Below are positions 1 through 22,476 of a stretch of DNA of 64,000 bases, piece by piece. The stretch lies in the NCBI RefSeq assembly GCF_009914755.1, contig NC_060927.1, one strand, 5' to 3'. This stretch comes from the human T2T-CHM13v2.0 reference genome, Homo sapiens. The notes beneath the pieces were generated by a model. The model worked only from the letters and a program-made list of their open reading frames with translations, did no database searches and was not told the origin of the DNA. Positions within the stretch are counted from its first letter, which is position 1, and each line of letters starts with the position of its first letter. Both the position numbers and the translations under genes were made by a program.

Positions 1-312
1 TTCCCAATTTAGCTTTTAAACTTTGGGTAACATTTACATTTTTTTGTCGTCTATTTTCTGCTCATTGGCTAAGGAGCCTTTTTCCTGCCCTGAGAATATA
101 AGATTCATTGCAATTAAAGAGCCTAGTGGTTTAATGTGATTATTCTTTCTTGTTTTTCTGAGAAGTATCCTTGTGTTTTGTGGACCAGTCAATCCTGACT
201 TTGATCTCTAGGGACAATACACTGTGAGTATTTATTTCAGGAAGGACACTGATCCTAGATATTCACTTAGAGGATGAATTTTCCTTATACCAAGGAAAAT
301 TGTAAGGTAGAA

Positions 313-618
<306 letters not shown>

Positions 619-1121
619 TGTATGATAGAAATTAAACTGATTACCCTTGTGAACTGAATGAGAACCTCCAAATTCTCATTCAATACAAGCATGAGTAGGA
701 CCTAGACATCTTATCTTGCTGAAATCTGGCAAGGCATACGGGCTGCCTGGTATACAATATATAGGATGCTCCCTCCCACCCCAGCCAAGATGGCATGATG
801 CACTTACTTGTCCTTCTCTGGGAAGATAATGAACAGTGACGGCAGATTTCTCAAGGGTCCCTTATGATGGAGTTGCAATTCCCCATTCTTTTTCCCTTCT
901 CAGAAATTTCTGAAACTCATTTAGTTAAAAGATTAAAGAAACACATTGCAAAGGGACTTGAAGTAATTGGGACCCGACTCACCTTCCTGATATAAATAAC
1001 TAGAAGTAGACAAAATATGTGAAACAACTACTCTCAGAAATTGGACAACAGACAGTGCAGGGCCTTGATCCCCAAGAGAAAGATAAATAGCAAGGAACTG
1101 CACAAAATGTTTCGAGGAAGC

Positions 1122-1709
<588 letters not shown>

Positions 1710-1899
1710 AGGGACACTTTTTAGACTAAGGTACAGAGAGGGGGATCCCAAGCACAATACAGTCATCTCACTATTGGAGTTCAAGAAGGTGATTTGGAAT
1801 TGGCAGGGCAGACAACTGTAGAGAACAGAGCTATGCAGAGAAGGAACTCCAGAAGTCCACACAGGAGTTTGCGTATTGCTGAAATTCCATGAGCTAGGC

Positions 1900-2275
1900 A
1901 CACTTTGCCCTATGCATCTCTTCCACCTGGCTGTTCCTGAGTTGTATACTTTATAATAAACCAGAACATTTTAAGTAAAGTGTATCCCTGAGTTTGTGAG
2001 CCATTCTAGAAAATTATTGAACTTGAGGGTTGTGGGAACCCCCGATTTATGTCTGATTGGTCAAAAGTATGGGTGGTCCAGGACCTGCAACTGGTGTCTG
2101 AAGTGGTAACAGACTTGTGGAACCGAACACTTAACTTGTGGGATCTGACACTAACTCCAGGTAGATAGTGTTATTAATAGAAATGAATGGAATGTCAGGA
2201 CACTCAGCTGGTTAGTGTGGGAATCTTTCCCCCCTCAATATACACATTTGATATCAGAAGTATAGTGTGAGTAGG
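1900..2275 (+). mobile_element. MER21-like ERV LTR fragment
   Basis: ctggctgttcctgagttgtata...aataaacc...ctaactccaggtagatagtg resembles MER21 consensus as recalled. Confidence 0.55.
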
Positions 2276-2324
2276 GAAACAATTTTTAAAAATTTTAAAA
2301 AGTATTTTTTACTTTTTTATTTTT

Positions 2325-4674
<2,350 letters not shown>

Positions 4675-4689
4675 GAATAGTGCTCCCAA

Positions 4690-6563
4690 GAACCATAGAA
4701 TGTACATTCTCATTGCACAAAGAACATACTCTAAGATTAACCACATGCTCAGTCACAAAGCAAATCACAATAAATTCAAAAAAATCAAAATCATACCAAG
4801 CATCTTCTTGGACCACAGTGAAATAAAAATAGAAATCAATACCAAGAAGAACTCTCAAAACCACACAAATACATGGAAACTAAACAATTTGCTACTGAAA
4901 GACTTTTGGGTAACAACAAAATTAAGGCAGAAATCAAAAATTATTTGAAACAAATGAAAATAGAGACACAACGTACTAAAACTTCTGGAATGCAGCAAAG
5001 GCAGTGTTAAGAGGGAAGTTTATAGCACTAAATTCCTACATCAAGATAATAGAAAGATTAAAATTAAAAGCCTAATTTCACACCTAAAGGAACTAGAAAA
5101 ACAAGAACAAACTAAACCCAAAGCTAGCAGAAGAAAAATAATAACTAAAATCAGAGCAGAACTAAATGAAATTGAGAACCCCCCAAAAAATACAAAGATT
5201 AACAAAATGAAAAGTTGGTTTTTGGAAAGGATAAATGAGATTGATAGACCACTAGCTAGATTATCAAAGAAAAAAACAAAAAGAGAGAAGATACAAATAA
5301 GCAAGTCAGAAGTGACAGAGGTAACAGACATAACAACCAATCCCACAGGAATATGAAAGATTCTCAGAGACTACTATGTACATCTCTATGTGCACAAACC
5401 AGAAAATCTAGAGGAAATGGATAATTCTCTGGAAACACGCAACCTCCCAAGATTGAACCAGAAAGAAATTGAAACACTGAACAGACTAATAATGAGTTAC
5501 AAAATTGAATCAGTAACACAAAATCTACCAACCAAAAATGGCCCTCAGCCAGATGTAGTCATGGCCGAATTCTACCAGATATACAGAAAGCTGGTACCAA
5601 TCCTACTGCAGCTATGAGAAAAAAGGAGGAGGGACTCCTCCCTAACTCATTTTGTGAAACAAGTATCTTTTTCTTTTTTTTCTTTTTTCTTTTTTTTTTT
5701 TTTTTACCAGCGTCATCTTGATACCAAAAATCTCCCAAAGACACAACAAAAAAGAAAACTGCAGGCAATATTCCTGATAAACATAGACACAAAAATCCTC
5801 AACAAAATACTAGTAAACTGAATCCAGCAGCACATCAAAAAGATAATTCACTACATTCAAGTGGGCTTTATCCTTGGGATGCAAGGATATTTCAACACGT
5901 GCAATTCAGGCCAAGCACAGTAGGTCACACCTGTAATCCCAGCACTTTGGGAGGCTGAGGACAGTGGATTGCTTGAGTTCAGGAGTTTAAGACCAGCCTG
6001 GGCAATATGGTGAAACCCCATTTCCACTAAAAATACAAAAACTTAGCTGGGCATGGTGGCATATGCCTGTAGTCCAGCTACTGGGGAGGCTGAGGTGGGA
6101 AGATTGTTTGAGCCTGGGAGGCAAAGTTCGCAGTGAGCCGAGATCAGCCACTGCATGCCAGCCTGGGTGAGAGTGAGACATCATACCAAGTGGGCAAAAG
6201 TTGGATGTATTTCCTCTAAGAACTGGAACAAGGTAAGGATGCCCATATCACTACTCCTATTTAACATAGTACTAGAAGTCCTAGACAGAGCAATCAAGCA
6301 CGAGAAAGATATAAAAGACATCCAAACAGGAAAAGAGGAAGTCAAATTATCTCTCTTTGTTGATGATATGATTCTATACATAGAAAATTCTAATGATTCC
6401 ATGAAAAGACACCTAGACCTGATAAATGACTTCAGTAAAGTTTCAGGATATAAAAAAAATCAACGTGCAAAAATGAGTGGCATTTCTATACACCAATAAC
6501 GTTCTAGCTGATAATCAGATCAAGAATGCAATTCTATTTGCAATAGCTACACACACACACACA

Positions 6564-6597
<34 letters not shown>

Positions 6598-6912
6598 AAA
6601 CCACACAAAAATACCTAGGAATACATCTAACTAAGGAGAGGAAAGATCTCTACAAGAACTCAAAAACACAGCTGAAAGAAATAGATGACACAAACAAATG
6701 GAAAAAATATTTCATGCTTATGGATTTATCATTAAAATGTCCATACTGTCTAAAGCAATCAACAGATTCAATGTAATTCCTATCAAATTACCAAAGTCAT
6801 TTTTCACAGAATTAGAAAAAACTATTCTAAAATTTATATGGAACAAAAAATAGCCCAAATAGCCTAAGCAATCCTAAATAAAAAGAACAAAGCCACACAG
6901 GCATCACATTAC
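4690..6912 (+). mobile_element. Degenerate L1 ORF2 (endonuclease-end/RT region), Alu inserted at ~5909-6180
   Basis: ORFs 4604..4948, 5390..5617 and 6155..6499 give L1 ORF2p peptides ([28 protein letters not shown]...[12 protein letters not shown]) with frameshifts and stops. Confidence 0.92.
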
Positions 6913-6914
6913 TT

Positions 6915-9815
<2,901 letters not shown>

Positions 9816-10528
9816 GGATGAAGAATGACTGAAATCCATCTCCACCCCAACCAATTTATTTTTATTTTTTTAGAGACAGGGTTTGTCTGTGTTGCACAGG
9901 CTGGTCTTGAACTCCTGACCTTAAGTGATCCTCCTGCCTTGGCCTCTCAAGTGCTGGTATTACAGATGTGATGCACTGCGATCGCCCCAACCAATTTAAA
10001 TTTGGAATCTCTGGTAGTAGAACCAGGCTGTGTGTGTGTGTGTGTGTGTGTGTGTATAAAATTGTGTGCATATATAAAAATTGGAAATATATGTATGTGT
10101 TTTTAACTTACATGGAAATTTAAAAATACATATCAAAATGGAGAGAATTGTATAAGGAATCCTCATGTACCACTTACCTAGCTTGAAAGATGATCAATTC
10201 ATGATCATTCTTGTTCCATTGATACTTTCTTCCTCCTTCCTCTCCTGCTGAATTATTCAGAAGCAATTCTTAAATACCATATTCTATTCATACATCGGTA
10301 TGTGTATCGAAAAGAATGACCCCTTACAAAAATAACCACAAAAGCATGATCACATTTTAAAATTTAATATTAATTTTATCAGTGACCTGGGGAGACTTCC
10401 AATTTCCCAGGCAGAGGGATTTGAAAGGCTCCCAGGGTGATTCTAATGTACAGCCAGAGCTGAGAACTACTAGATGCTGATCCATGCTCCTCAAACTCAC
10501 AGCAAGCACACACAAATCTACTGGATAA

Positions 10529-10894
<366 letters not shown>

Positions 10895-11008
10895 GAGATT
10901 CCACATTTCTAACGAGCTCTTGCATGATGTCCATGCTGCTGGTTCAAGGGCTACCCTGAGTGGCGAGGCTATAGACCACAGGGTCTTTGGGGGAGTGGTG
11001 TGGGTGTG

Positions 11009-11444
11009 TGTTGATAGGACTAACATGCTACCAAAATGGCATAAAGGTTATTTTAAACTGAAAATTTTTTAGTTACAGCAGATGCAGAAATAAATCTTGT
11101 CTGCATGTCCCATATCTGACTAAAGCAAAGCTCCCTGAGAATTCAGTTGCCATAACCCACTGCCTACCCTCTCCAAGAGAATCTTCAAACAGAGAAGCAA
11201 CTGACCTTTAACACAGTGACATTCCAAGAATATTGTGTAAATGAGCCTCGCAGAATCTTCCATATATTCCCACTGAAGCCCATTTTCACCTAAATCCTTA
11301 CCCTTAGCTGTTTGGGAAGTCTGTCCTTCATTCCCGCCCTCTCTCCTGCTCTCTCTCAGGTGCTTGCACATGTGTAATACACTTTTCTCCAGGTTCCATG
11401 CTCTAGGACATAAGGTGGTAGGGAAGAAAGTTTTCCTCCCTACA
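11009..11444 (+). mobile_element. Solo LTR (ERV1, MER34/MER39-like)
   Basis: TG...CA ends with gtgtg on both flanks (11004-11008, 11445-11449); family assignment tentative. Confidence 0.55.
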
Positions 11445-11618
11445 GTGTGTGCAGTGTGTGTGTGTGTGTGTGTGTGTATAATAGTCTTCGCTTTATGACC
11501 AGAAAGAACCTCCATTTTGCACCTCGCAAGGGTAGGAAAATTGGTTATACTATATGTGGGGTGTCAACTTTTCTCTGGATGTTCAGCCAATGCTTTCCCC
11601 TCAGGGGGTGGTCTAATT

Positions 11619-12530
11619 TAGTAATCTTCAAACGGGATCTGAGGACCTTCAGGGGTAAAGGCTTCTTAGGGTATCAGTTCCCATGGGCTCAGTATCATGC
11701 CTTCGCTAAATGGGAATGGACAGAGATTGTGTGTGTAATGAAGCTGTAGGCTCTTTCTTCGTCTCCCATTTACGACGAATGGCAGACCCCTCACCATGGT
11801 GTCTCACTGAGGGAGTGTACCAGGTGCACAACCCTCCAAGTCTCCACCCAAGGGATCCATGTTGAGAAAATCAGTGACCCTAGTGATTGGCAAACATACA
11901 TGTTAAGCAGTTTGTAATTCTTTGAGTTTAACCAAATTTAAGGAGAGTGAATCATACATTTCCACTGAAACTTTACTTTCATCAAAATTTGCTATGTTGT
12001 TTTGATCAGTTATGTGCTAACAATAATTGTAATGTTAATCAAAGGATTTTTTTGAACGCAGAGCCTTAAGGTCATAGAAAATAAACTTTTACATTTTTAA
12101 ATTTTAATATATTATTTTTGTAGTCAAGAAATATGAGAAGATGATCAGTAATAGATTTTCAAGCATAAAAATATATCACAGCCCAAATAAACTTCTTTGG
12201 AGGAAGTAGGATGAAACTGTAAGTTCAAAAGAAAATTAAAGGAATGTTGCAGAATTTCTGGCTGTTAAAAAAGAGCTAGTTCATATATTTTTTAAATGGA
12301 TAATGTCAAGTATTATATTACTGTGGTATTTAGATTCCATTGGATTCATTTTGGAAGGTAATGTTTCTTTCAAAATGTCAAGATTTATAATACATTGAAA
12401 ATGACATTTTTTGCAACCGCCTAAATTTATGATGAATCATTATAGATGTCAACTGAAAAATGTGCAAGGGGGAACATGCATTAAAATGTTTTCTTAAGGG
12501 CATAAAATGGGAAAAGTTTGAAGATCACTG
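11619..12530. mobile_element. Old hAT-Charlie-type DNA transposon remnant
   Basis: Inverted termini tagtaatcttcaaac / gtttgaagatcactg with AT-rich interior. Confidence 0.5.
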
Positions 12531-13261
12531 ATCTGGACTGATTGGTTCCTTCTGAGGGGGCTAAGTGCCATTCACTAGAATGTAATTTATTTTAAACCAT
12601 GTCTGTTTTACATATGCTATTGTAAAGAGAAAATTTAATGAAATAGAAATTCATCCATACTTTACAATGTCCTTTGTTTTAAGATTGGTAAACAACGCTA
12701 CAAAAACTTAAATGTGTGCTTAAGGAAATTGTGTGGGTACATTTTATGTAGCACTTTCTGTTTATTCTCTGTGGGTAAAGGAGAAACAAATATGTTTGTA
12801 TGGTACAAAGTTACTTCTATTATTGTTAGTACTTATTAACATCATTTATTTTAATACTAATAATTAAATAATTCCTTTCTGATGTGAGCTTTCAGTTCCT
12901 ACTAATTCTCTCATCTACCATAACTCTGTAATTATTTCTTTTTTTTATATTATAAACTAGAGATGAGGTCTCACTATGTTGCCCAGGCTGGTCTGGAACT
13001 CCTGAGCTCCAAGTGACCCTCCCACCTTGGCCTCCCAAAGTGCTAGGATTTTAGGCATGAGTCACCACACTCAGACTCTACAATTATTTCTAATTCTTTG
13101 AAGCCCCAGAAAAAAGATGAGTTAATTCCTTGGTTTGGTTAGAAGGACTCTGTCAGTGAGAGGCTGGGGTCTCTGTAATTATTACCGTAGTTTCCATCAC
13201 TAAGCACAACTACAGCAGGCCAGGCACTGCACACATATTCTCTCTAGTGGTCAGACAAAAA

Positions 13262-13640
13262 TGTTAAGGTCTGAATGTTTGTGTTCCTCCCCAAATTCCT
13301 ATGTTGAAATCTCAACCCTCATGATGGTATTTGGAGGTGGGGTCTTTGGGAGGTGATTAGGTCATGAGGATGCGGCCTTCATGAATGGGATTAGTGCCTT
13401 TACAAACAGGAAACCCAGAGAGGTCTATAGCTCTCTTTCCACCATGTAAGGATACAGTGAGAAATTGGGAGTCTGCAACCCAGAAGAAGGTCCTCACCAG
13501 AACCTGATCATGCTGGCACCCTGATCTCAAACTTCCAGCCTCCAGACTTGTAAAAGATGTTTATTGACTAAACATTTATCCAGTTACCCAAACCACCCAG
13601 TTTATGGTAGTTTGTTATAGTAGCCCAAACTGAATGAGAC
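13262..13640 (+). mobile_element. MaLR LTR (MSTD/MLT1A-like), followed by MIR fragments to ~13950
   Basis: ctgaatgtttgtgttcc...gggaggtgattaggtcatgagg...ttgttatagtagcc. Confidence 0.8.
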
Positions 13641-15171
13641 ACTACAACCATGAGAAGTTGATTTTATCTTTTTCAGTTTACAGCTGAGAGAACTGAGGTT
13701 AAGGAAGTTCAGTAACTTGCCCAAGGGCACACAATTAGTTGATGGAGAGCTGGGACTTGCCCTGGGATAGTCTGAGTGATATACTCTTTGGACCCCTCTG
13801 GGATTTGGTCCTTGGCAAAGTGAGCCCTGGTGAGGAACAGAGGGAAGAATATTTGATGGGGTCAGATGACCTGGGATCACTTTCTAACTCCACTTGCTGC
13901 TTAGCTGTGAGACCTAAGAAGTCACTTGCCATCTTTCAGTCTTAATATCTTTGCTGAAAATTTGCAGTATTGTGAGACTCAAAGTATAAGCAATATATGA
14001 GTATGAAGGAGGATTATTTTATCCTATCCTCTGGCTCAGATTTTGTTATAAAATTGACAAAAAAAAAATGATATCACCTTTTGATCCCAGAGGAGTTCCC
14101 AAAACCTCATCTGAGTTTGTGGAATTGGGAATTGGGTTATGTTTTTCCATCTTTGTTGAATGCAAAATGATTGTATCCATCAGCAAATGGATTGTCAAAA
14201 CTTAGAAGTGCATGGAAGTGTGTAGTATCCCTGCCTGATTTGGGCACTGGGAAAAGAAATCAGGTAGTGCAAACACAGGAAAATGTAACACATCTTTTTA
14301 GATAGAGACACATTACCTGTGTGCATTCTAGGTAATCCATGAATTGAATGAACTCAGGTAGAGAATTTCTAGGTTGTGTTAAGTTCTAAATCTGGTCTCC
14401 ATCTCTAGAGAATTATGTAAGCGTAGAGTTAAAAAAAAGTAAAGATATACTTTGTATTAAAGAAAGTTCATCTGTTCTCTGGATAAGATGAAATGTCTAA
14501 GTTCCAGCCTTGGTGGCCTGATTCCCTAATCTACTTTGAAGAATTCAACTAAAGCCTCTGCTGACTCACAGAATTGTTTGCTTCTCCTCAGTAATTGCTT
14601 CCAGTCTCCTTTTTATATTTACTTGCTTGCTTCTGGCTAGTCTTTTAAATATAAAAAGAGAAATTTCAGATATTAAAAAAAATAAAGAATAGTTAATGAA
14701 GACCTCCTGAACTTACCATGTTGCTTAAGAAATAGTCACAGCCCGCTGTATACCTCTCGACATCACATATAGCTCCAGTGGTAAGCGCCGTCCCAAAACT
14801 TGACATCAAGCATTCCCGTGCATTTCTTTAAACTTTTCCTACACAAGTATGTCCTACACAAGTATGTCTACCTAAATGATACATGGGATCATTTTGCATA
14901 TTTTAAAACTTCATCTAAATAGAATAATACTGAATGTGTTCCTTTGCCCTCTTGCTTTTTTCATTCAAAGTGAAAATGTTTTTCAGATTTGTTCATATTG
15001 ATGCAGGTATTCCTAGTTCATTCGTTTTCAGTACTGTGTGGAATTCCACTGTGTGAATACACTACAATTTACCTATTCTGTTGATGGACGTTTTGTTGTT
15101 GCTGTTGTTTTTCTATTACAAACAATGCTTCAGTGAACAAGCTTGTTTTTGTTTCACTGAGTAAACGTGAG

Positions 15172-15537
15172 TGATATGGTTTGGATCCGTGTTCCCACAC
15201 AAAGCTGATGTTGAATTGTAATCCCCAGTGCTGGAGGTGAGACCTGGTGGAAGGTGATTGTATCATGGGGATGGTTTCTCATGAATGGTTTGGCACCACC
15301 CCCCACCTTGGTACAGTGTAGTGAGTGAGTTCTCATGTGATCTGGTTGTTTAAAACTGTGTAGCATCGCCCCCAAGCCCTCTCTCTCTTCTTCCTGCTCC
15401 TAGCCATGTGAAGTGCCTGCTCCCCCATCATGCTTCCTGTCCAGCCTGCAGAACTGTGAGCCAATTAAACCTCTTTTCTTTCTAAATTACCCAGTCGCAG
15501 GTATTTCTTTATAGCAGTGCGATAATGGACTGATACA
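15172..15537 (+). mobile_element. MSTA/MSTB solo LTR inside an old minus-strand L1
   Basis: tgatatggtttgg...gactgataca with 5-bp TSD gtgag (15167-15171, 15538-15542). Confidence 0.88.
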
Positions 15538-15799
15538 GTGAGTTTCTTTAGGATATCTCTATTTAGGAACGGAACCTCCATGTGTTGGGTAGGCACATCC
15601 TCAGCTTTATTGGCTAATGCAATTTGCTCTCCAAATGATGATACCAATTTTCATTTTCTCCAAAGGTATTTGAGTGTTCCCATTGTTTTTCCATCCTTGC
15701 TCCTGGATCATCATTATTGGGTAGGATAGAGAAAAAACGCATAGTTTGATCAACTCTGCAGGTTTTAAAAATTGGCACCCCTTCAAGAAAAAGACAAGC

Positions 15800-16202
15800 G
15801 TCTGTGGATTAAAATCCCAACTCCTTACCCTAGTGCACACAGCTGCCTTCACTGGCTCCTCCTACCTCACCAGCCTCACCTTGCACCACGCTCCCTGTCA
15901 TGCACAGTGGCCTCCTTTCTAGCCCTGGAGTGTGCAGCCAAGCTCATTCCCATCTCAGAACTTGATGTTCTTTCTTTCTGGAACACTCTTGTCTCAGCTC
16001 ACTGTGCAACTAGTTTCTTCTCCATTTTTACATATTGGCTCCTCAGAGAGGCCTTCTCTTACTACATATGTAAAGTAGTCCCCTGCTTACCTGATTACTT
16101 ACTCCTAACACATTCTGAAATTATTTCCCACTGGAATATTAACACCACAAGGGCCATGTACAGTGCCTGGCATGTGCTAAATTTGTATTGAATGAATGAA
16201 TG
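15800..16202 (+). mobile_element. L2 3' end
   Basis: cagtgcctggca...tgaatgaatgaatg L2 tail. Confidence 0.7.
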
Positions 16203-16386
16203 TACACACTGATGCCTTCTCTACCATGCAAACCTGTTACCCTTTCCTATCACTTCATTCTTCATCCTTCCTGCATTTTGCTGATCACTGGCATATAGAT
16301 TAGGGAGAATGCAGAGGAACCTGGTAGTGTCCTAAACAGAGGCTCTAGCCAGTGTTGCCTTTCCTTCTGAATGTCCCAACGTCTCA

Positions 16387-16456
16387 TGCGTTGGTTTCAT
16401 CCACCACTGAACCTTTCACTTTGCGTTGGTTTCATCCACCACTGAACCTTTCACTT
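16387..16456. repeat. Perfect 35-bp tandem duplication
   Basis: tgcgttggtttcatccaccactgaacctttcactt x2. Confidence 0.95.
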
Positions 16457-18262
16457 TGGATCAAAGCCAGGCCATCTCCTTCTACCCTCAGTGCCTGAGA
16501 TGAAGCTTGTGACTCCTTCTTTTGCTCTCTACCTTTCCAGAGGTCATTGTGGCCTCCTTCAGTACTTGGTCAAGGACAGGATTTGCCTGAATCATTTCTG
16601 GCCCTTTCTTGCTAATCTGATGGTGTGGGCAAGTCCTCAAGGGGTTGAGCACATACTTATTATCATCTGGGTATTTGTGACTTTCTCGTCATCATTTGAG
16701 TCACCTGTGATTCTGACTTCCAGTCAACATACTCATGGGTTAATTATTGCTTCTGGAAAAAATTCTATGATCATTCTGAGATGGGTCATTTGATTCCTTT
16801 GCCTTCTTTGCTCCCTCCTCCCTCCACCCGCACATGACATCTACTTCCTGAGCTGAGACATATGCTCTCCTTTTAGTGCTCTCTGTACTTCTTTTTGTCA
16901 CTGAGCATACCTCATTGTTTTGTCATGGCCTCTTCTTGTGTCCTGTTTTTCCTGAGGACAGGAAACTATGAGTTCTAAGTTTGTATCACCAGTACTTGGT
17001 ATGAAATAAGCAATGAATAAATGTTTATTAAACAGATGAACAAATGAATGGATGGAGTAAACTCTGAACCTGGAATTAAAACTTTTATTAACACATTCGG
17101 TTTATATAGAGACAGTGCCAGTGCCAGCCATGTTTCTGAGAAATTTGTTACCAGTGGCAGCTCAACTCCAGAGAAAGCCAGGTTTTTCATAAAAGGATTG
17201 AAGTGGGAACTAGGCTTTGATATGAATCTATTTTAATCTACTTTCAACCCACTCTGTCAAGCACTGAATAGAGCAGCAAAGAGACAGTAAGAATTTTCCT
17301 CCATGGCCATGTATATCTCTTGTAGAGATTTCACTTTACTTGTTCATTCATTCATTCAACATTTGTCAGGTGCTAATACGCATTCATACAAACAAGAGAT
17401 CAAGGGGTTGATTATGTTTCCAGCGTGTTGCCCCTTTGCTTAATAGTTTAACAGAGGGAAGCCTCTGTGTTATTTTGAAAATGACACAATTGGGCATCGT
17501 CTCTGAAGAGTCTGGATGGATGTTACACTGTGGTTTTTCATTTCCCGGTGTCAGTCCTATAGAGCAAGTATGTGAAAAGTGGATCCCTGGACTTTTCTGT
17601 GCATTGTCTAATGCTGGGTCACACGACAAGGTGTACTATAGATGCTCTAGTGATTTTCTTGCGTGACTGTGAACACACACAGTCCTCTCATTACCTGCTT
17701 TACACTTGCCAGTTTGGCTCAAATCAAGGTATTCCTAACTCCGGGATTTCACTCTGTGTTATACGGGAGAAACTGAAACAACACTCTTTCTAAGGAAACG
17801 TGTAACTTGAGGAGGCCGTAATCATTTATTGATTATCTTCTCATTACAGATTGTATTATCCCAACCTAGCAAGGGTATTAGGTCTTGTGACTTTTTTTTT
17901 TTTTCTTCTTGAGACAGGGTTTTGCTCTGTCCAGCCCCTTACGGCATTTTGAAAACAGTCTTACTCCTCATTTCATATCTCATTTCATATTATTTTCTAC
18001 TTGCCTCACTGATATTCACCTATTTTTAAAGTATTTTATTTTCCTATGTTGGATATATTCCTAAAAGACACCTTATATCATTTCTGGAATAAGACAGAGA
18101 TAAGAAAAAAAAAGCATAATATTTGTTGTTTCACAGGGAAATGGAACAATAGAATGACAGAATGATCAGGACAAAATTACTTGGTTTGAAGTAAAATCTA
18201 TTGTTTACTTGCCCTTGGTGTACCCTCTAACATAGTTGAAGAAAAATACAGTTCATTTCTGT

Positions 18263-19295
<1,033 letters not shown>

Positions 19296-19459
19296 GGTTT
19301 ATCACTATTGTTATTTTGAATTATTCAGTTCCCTTAAATAAGTCTAACTGCCTTGAAATATGAGACTGATAGATAGATAGATGTTTTCCACTTGGGAATA
19401 TTTTCACTTTTAATAATTTTTAAAATAAGTAATGTAAATTTCTTATAAATCAAAGAAAA

Positions 19460-20254
19460 TGTAAATCAAATTAAATGACTGAAATGAGTCTCAATCATTT
19501 TAGAGGTTTATTTTCCCAAGATTGAGGATGCACCCGGGAGAAAGGAGCACAAAACCACAGGAACATCAATGACCCATTATTTTTCGAAATAAGGTTTGAG
19601 ATTTCAATATTTATTTATTTGAGAAAAGTCTGGCTGTGTCACCCAGGCTGGATCCGCCTGCCTCAGCCTCCCAAAGTGCTGGGATTACAAGCGTGAGCCA
19701 CTGCACCTGAGCTGAGATTTCAATATTTAAAGGGGAAAGAGTGGGTAGTAAGGGAAAGAGGAAGGAAAAAAAGGGGGAGGAAAAAAAGAGGAAGGAATAA
19801 AAGGGGCAAGCAGTTGCATCTTTTGCGTCTTTGATCAGCATTCACTGAATCCACATTTTACACGGGAAAGGAGGGGATATAGGAAAAATTATGCATTCAT
19901 CTCATGCTGGTGGATCTGCATTTTTATATAAGATAAACATAGAGTAGAGGAAGTAGTCAAATATGCATTTGTCTCAGGTGAGCAGAGGGATGACTTTTCC
20001 CTATGCCTGTGACGAGAAGCTGTTAATTTACATTGTCAGGTTAACATTCAATGAAGCTGTTTCAGGGTAAAGATTTTGGGGCCCCCCAAAAGAATTTCCT
20101 TTTGAGTAAATTGTGAAGGAAGTATGTAGCCTTTTCTCTTTGTAGCTATCTAATTAGGAACAAAATAGCAGTTTTGCGTGACTTAGTTCTCAAGCTTGAC
20201 TCTTTCCTTTGGCATAGTGAGTTTGGAGTCCTGAGATTTTTATTTTCTTTCACA
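19460..20254 (-). mobile_element. MER4-group solo LTR containing an internally deleted Alu (19614-19712)
   Basis: Minus strand starts tgtgaaagaaaataaaaatctcaggactccaaactcactatgccaaagg, resembling the LTR at 57548. Confidence 0.75.
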
Positions 20255-21256
20255 TCCTTATTACATGTCATTAATTATCATTTAGTAAAGTAAATAACAT
20301 TCTGGCATTAGACATGAAGCAACATGGTAAAAGACGCTGTCCCATTATCCTGCTAATCTCAGCAAATCAAGGCCTTTGGGGCTCAGCACCCCAAAAGTGG
20401 TTTTTAATGATGTACAAAAACAGATTTCAATTAGGGCTTTGTTGCAATTTGCCCTTATGTGCAAATTTTTAGTGTTATTCTGATACATTTTAGCTCAATT
20501 ATTTTAATATCTCACTTGATAGAAGCTAAAAGTTTACTCATCAATGAAAAGGAAGAGGCTAAAGGCAAAATGAAAAAAGAAAAAGAGAGAGACTTTAATG
20601 TAGATTAAAATGTGAATCTAGGAACCTCTTTTTCACAACGATAGCAGTGGAGAATGGCAAAAGTGAAAATAAAAAATAAAATAAAACAGAATCCTCAGTA
20701 TTAACAAAATTCCTAGAAAGAAGGCTAACTAAAGGCAGGAAAAGAAAAAAAGGGAAGTTAATGGATTAATAGCAAGAACCAGGCCCCCAATCTCCCAGTC
20801 ACTCAGTTTCCCTGGAATACTCTATGCTTCCACTTACTCCATTCCTTTCCATTCCCTCTTGTATTTCCTCAGGTAGCTCTTAGCAGGGAAACGATATAAT
20901 TTGACACTAAGTCGTGAATGGTGGGTAGGCCTAATCTCTCTTGTTCCACACTAGCACCAAATTTGGAATTCAGTGTAAGGAGTGTCCCCTGAAACTACAT
21001 TTCACCCTCTCCCAAAGAACAAAGAGTTGAGAAGTAAGTCCCAGGAAGTGCAGGAGCTGCAGAATTCTGGCGCCCTTCTATGTCTTGAGGCTCCTCCACC
21101 TCCAACTCTCAACTTTGCTTTCTGTTCTAAAGCAACCCTATCATTGAACTGGCTGAGGTGGTAGGATCACTTGAGCTTAGGAAGGTCGAAGCTGCAGTGA
21201 ACTGAGATTGAGCCACTGCACTCCAGTCTGGGTGCCACAGCAAATCCCGTTCTCAA

Positions 21257-21291
<35 letters not shown>

Positions 21292-21407
21292 GAGGCATTC
21301 TTGCGTTATTAGGCTGGGGTGGCTCATCTGTAATTTCAGCACTTTGGGAGGCCACATTGGGAGGATAGCTTGAGCCCAGGAGTTCAAGACCAGCCTGGGC
21401 AACACAG

Positions 21408-22349
<942 letters not shown>

Positions 22350-22476
22350 ACAGTGAGACCTCATCTCTTAAAAAAAAAAAAGTAAACCAGTGAATGCTCA
22401 GAATTTGTTCTAAATTGATAATATAGCATATTTCTTGGTATTTTAGTCATTTTGTACACTTTTTTTGAATCCTCCC

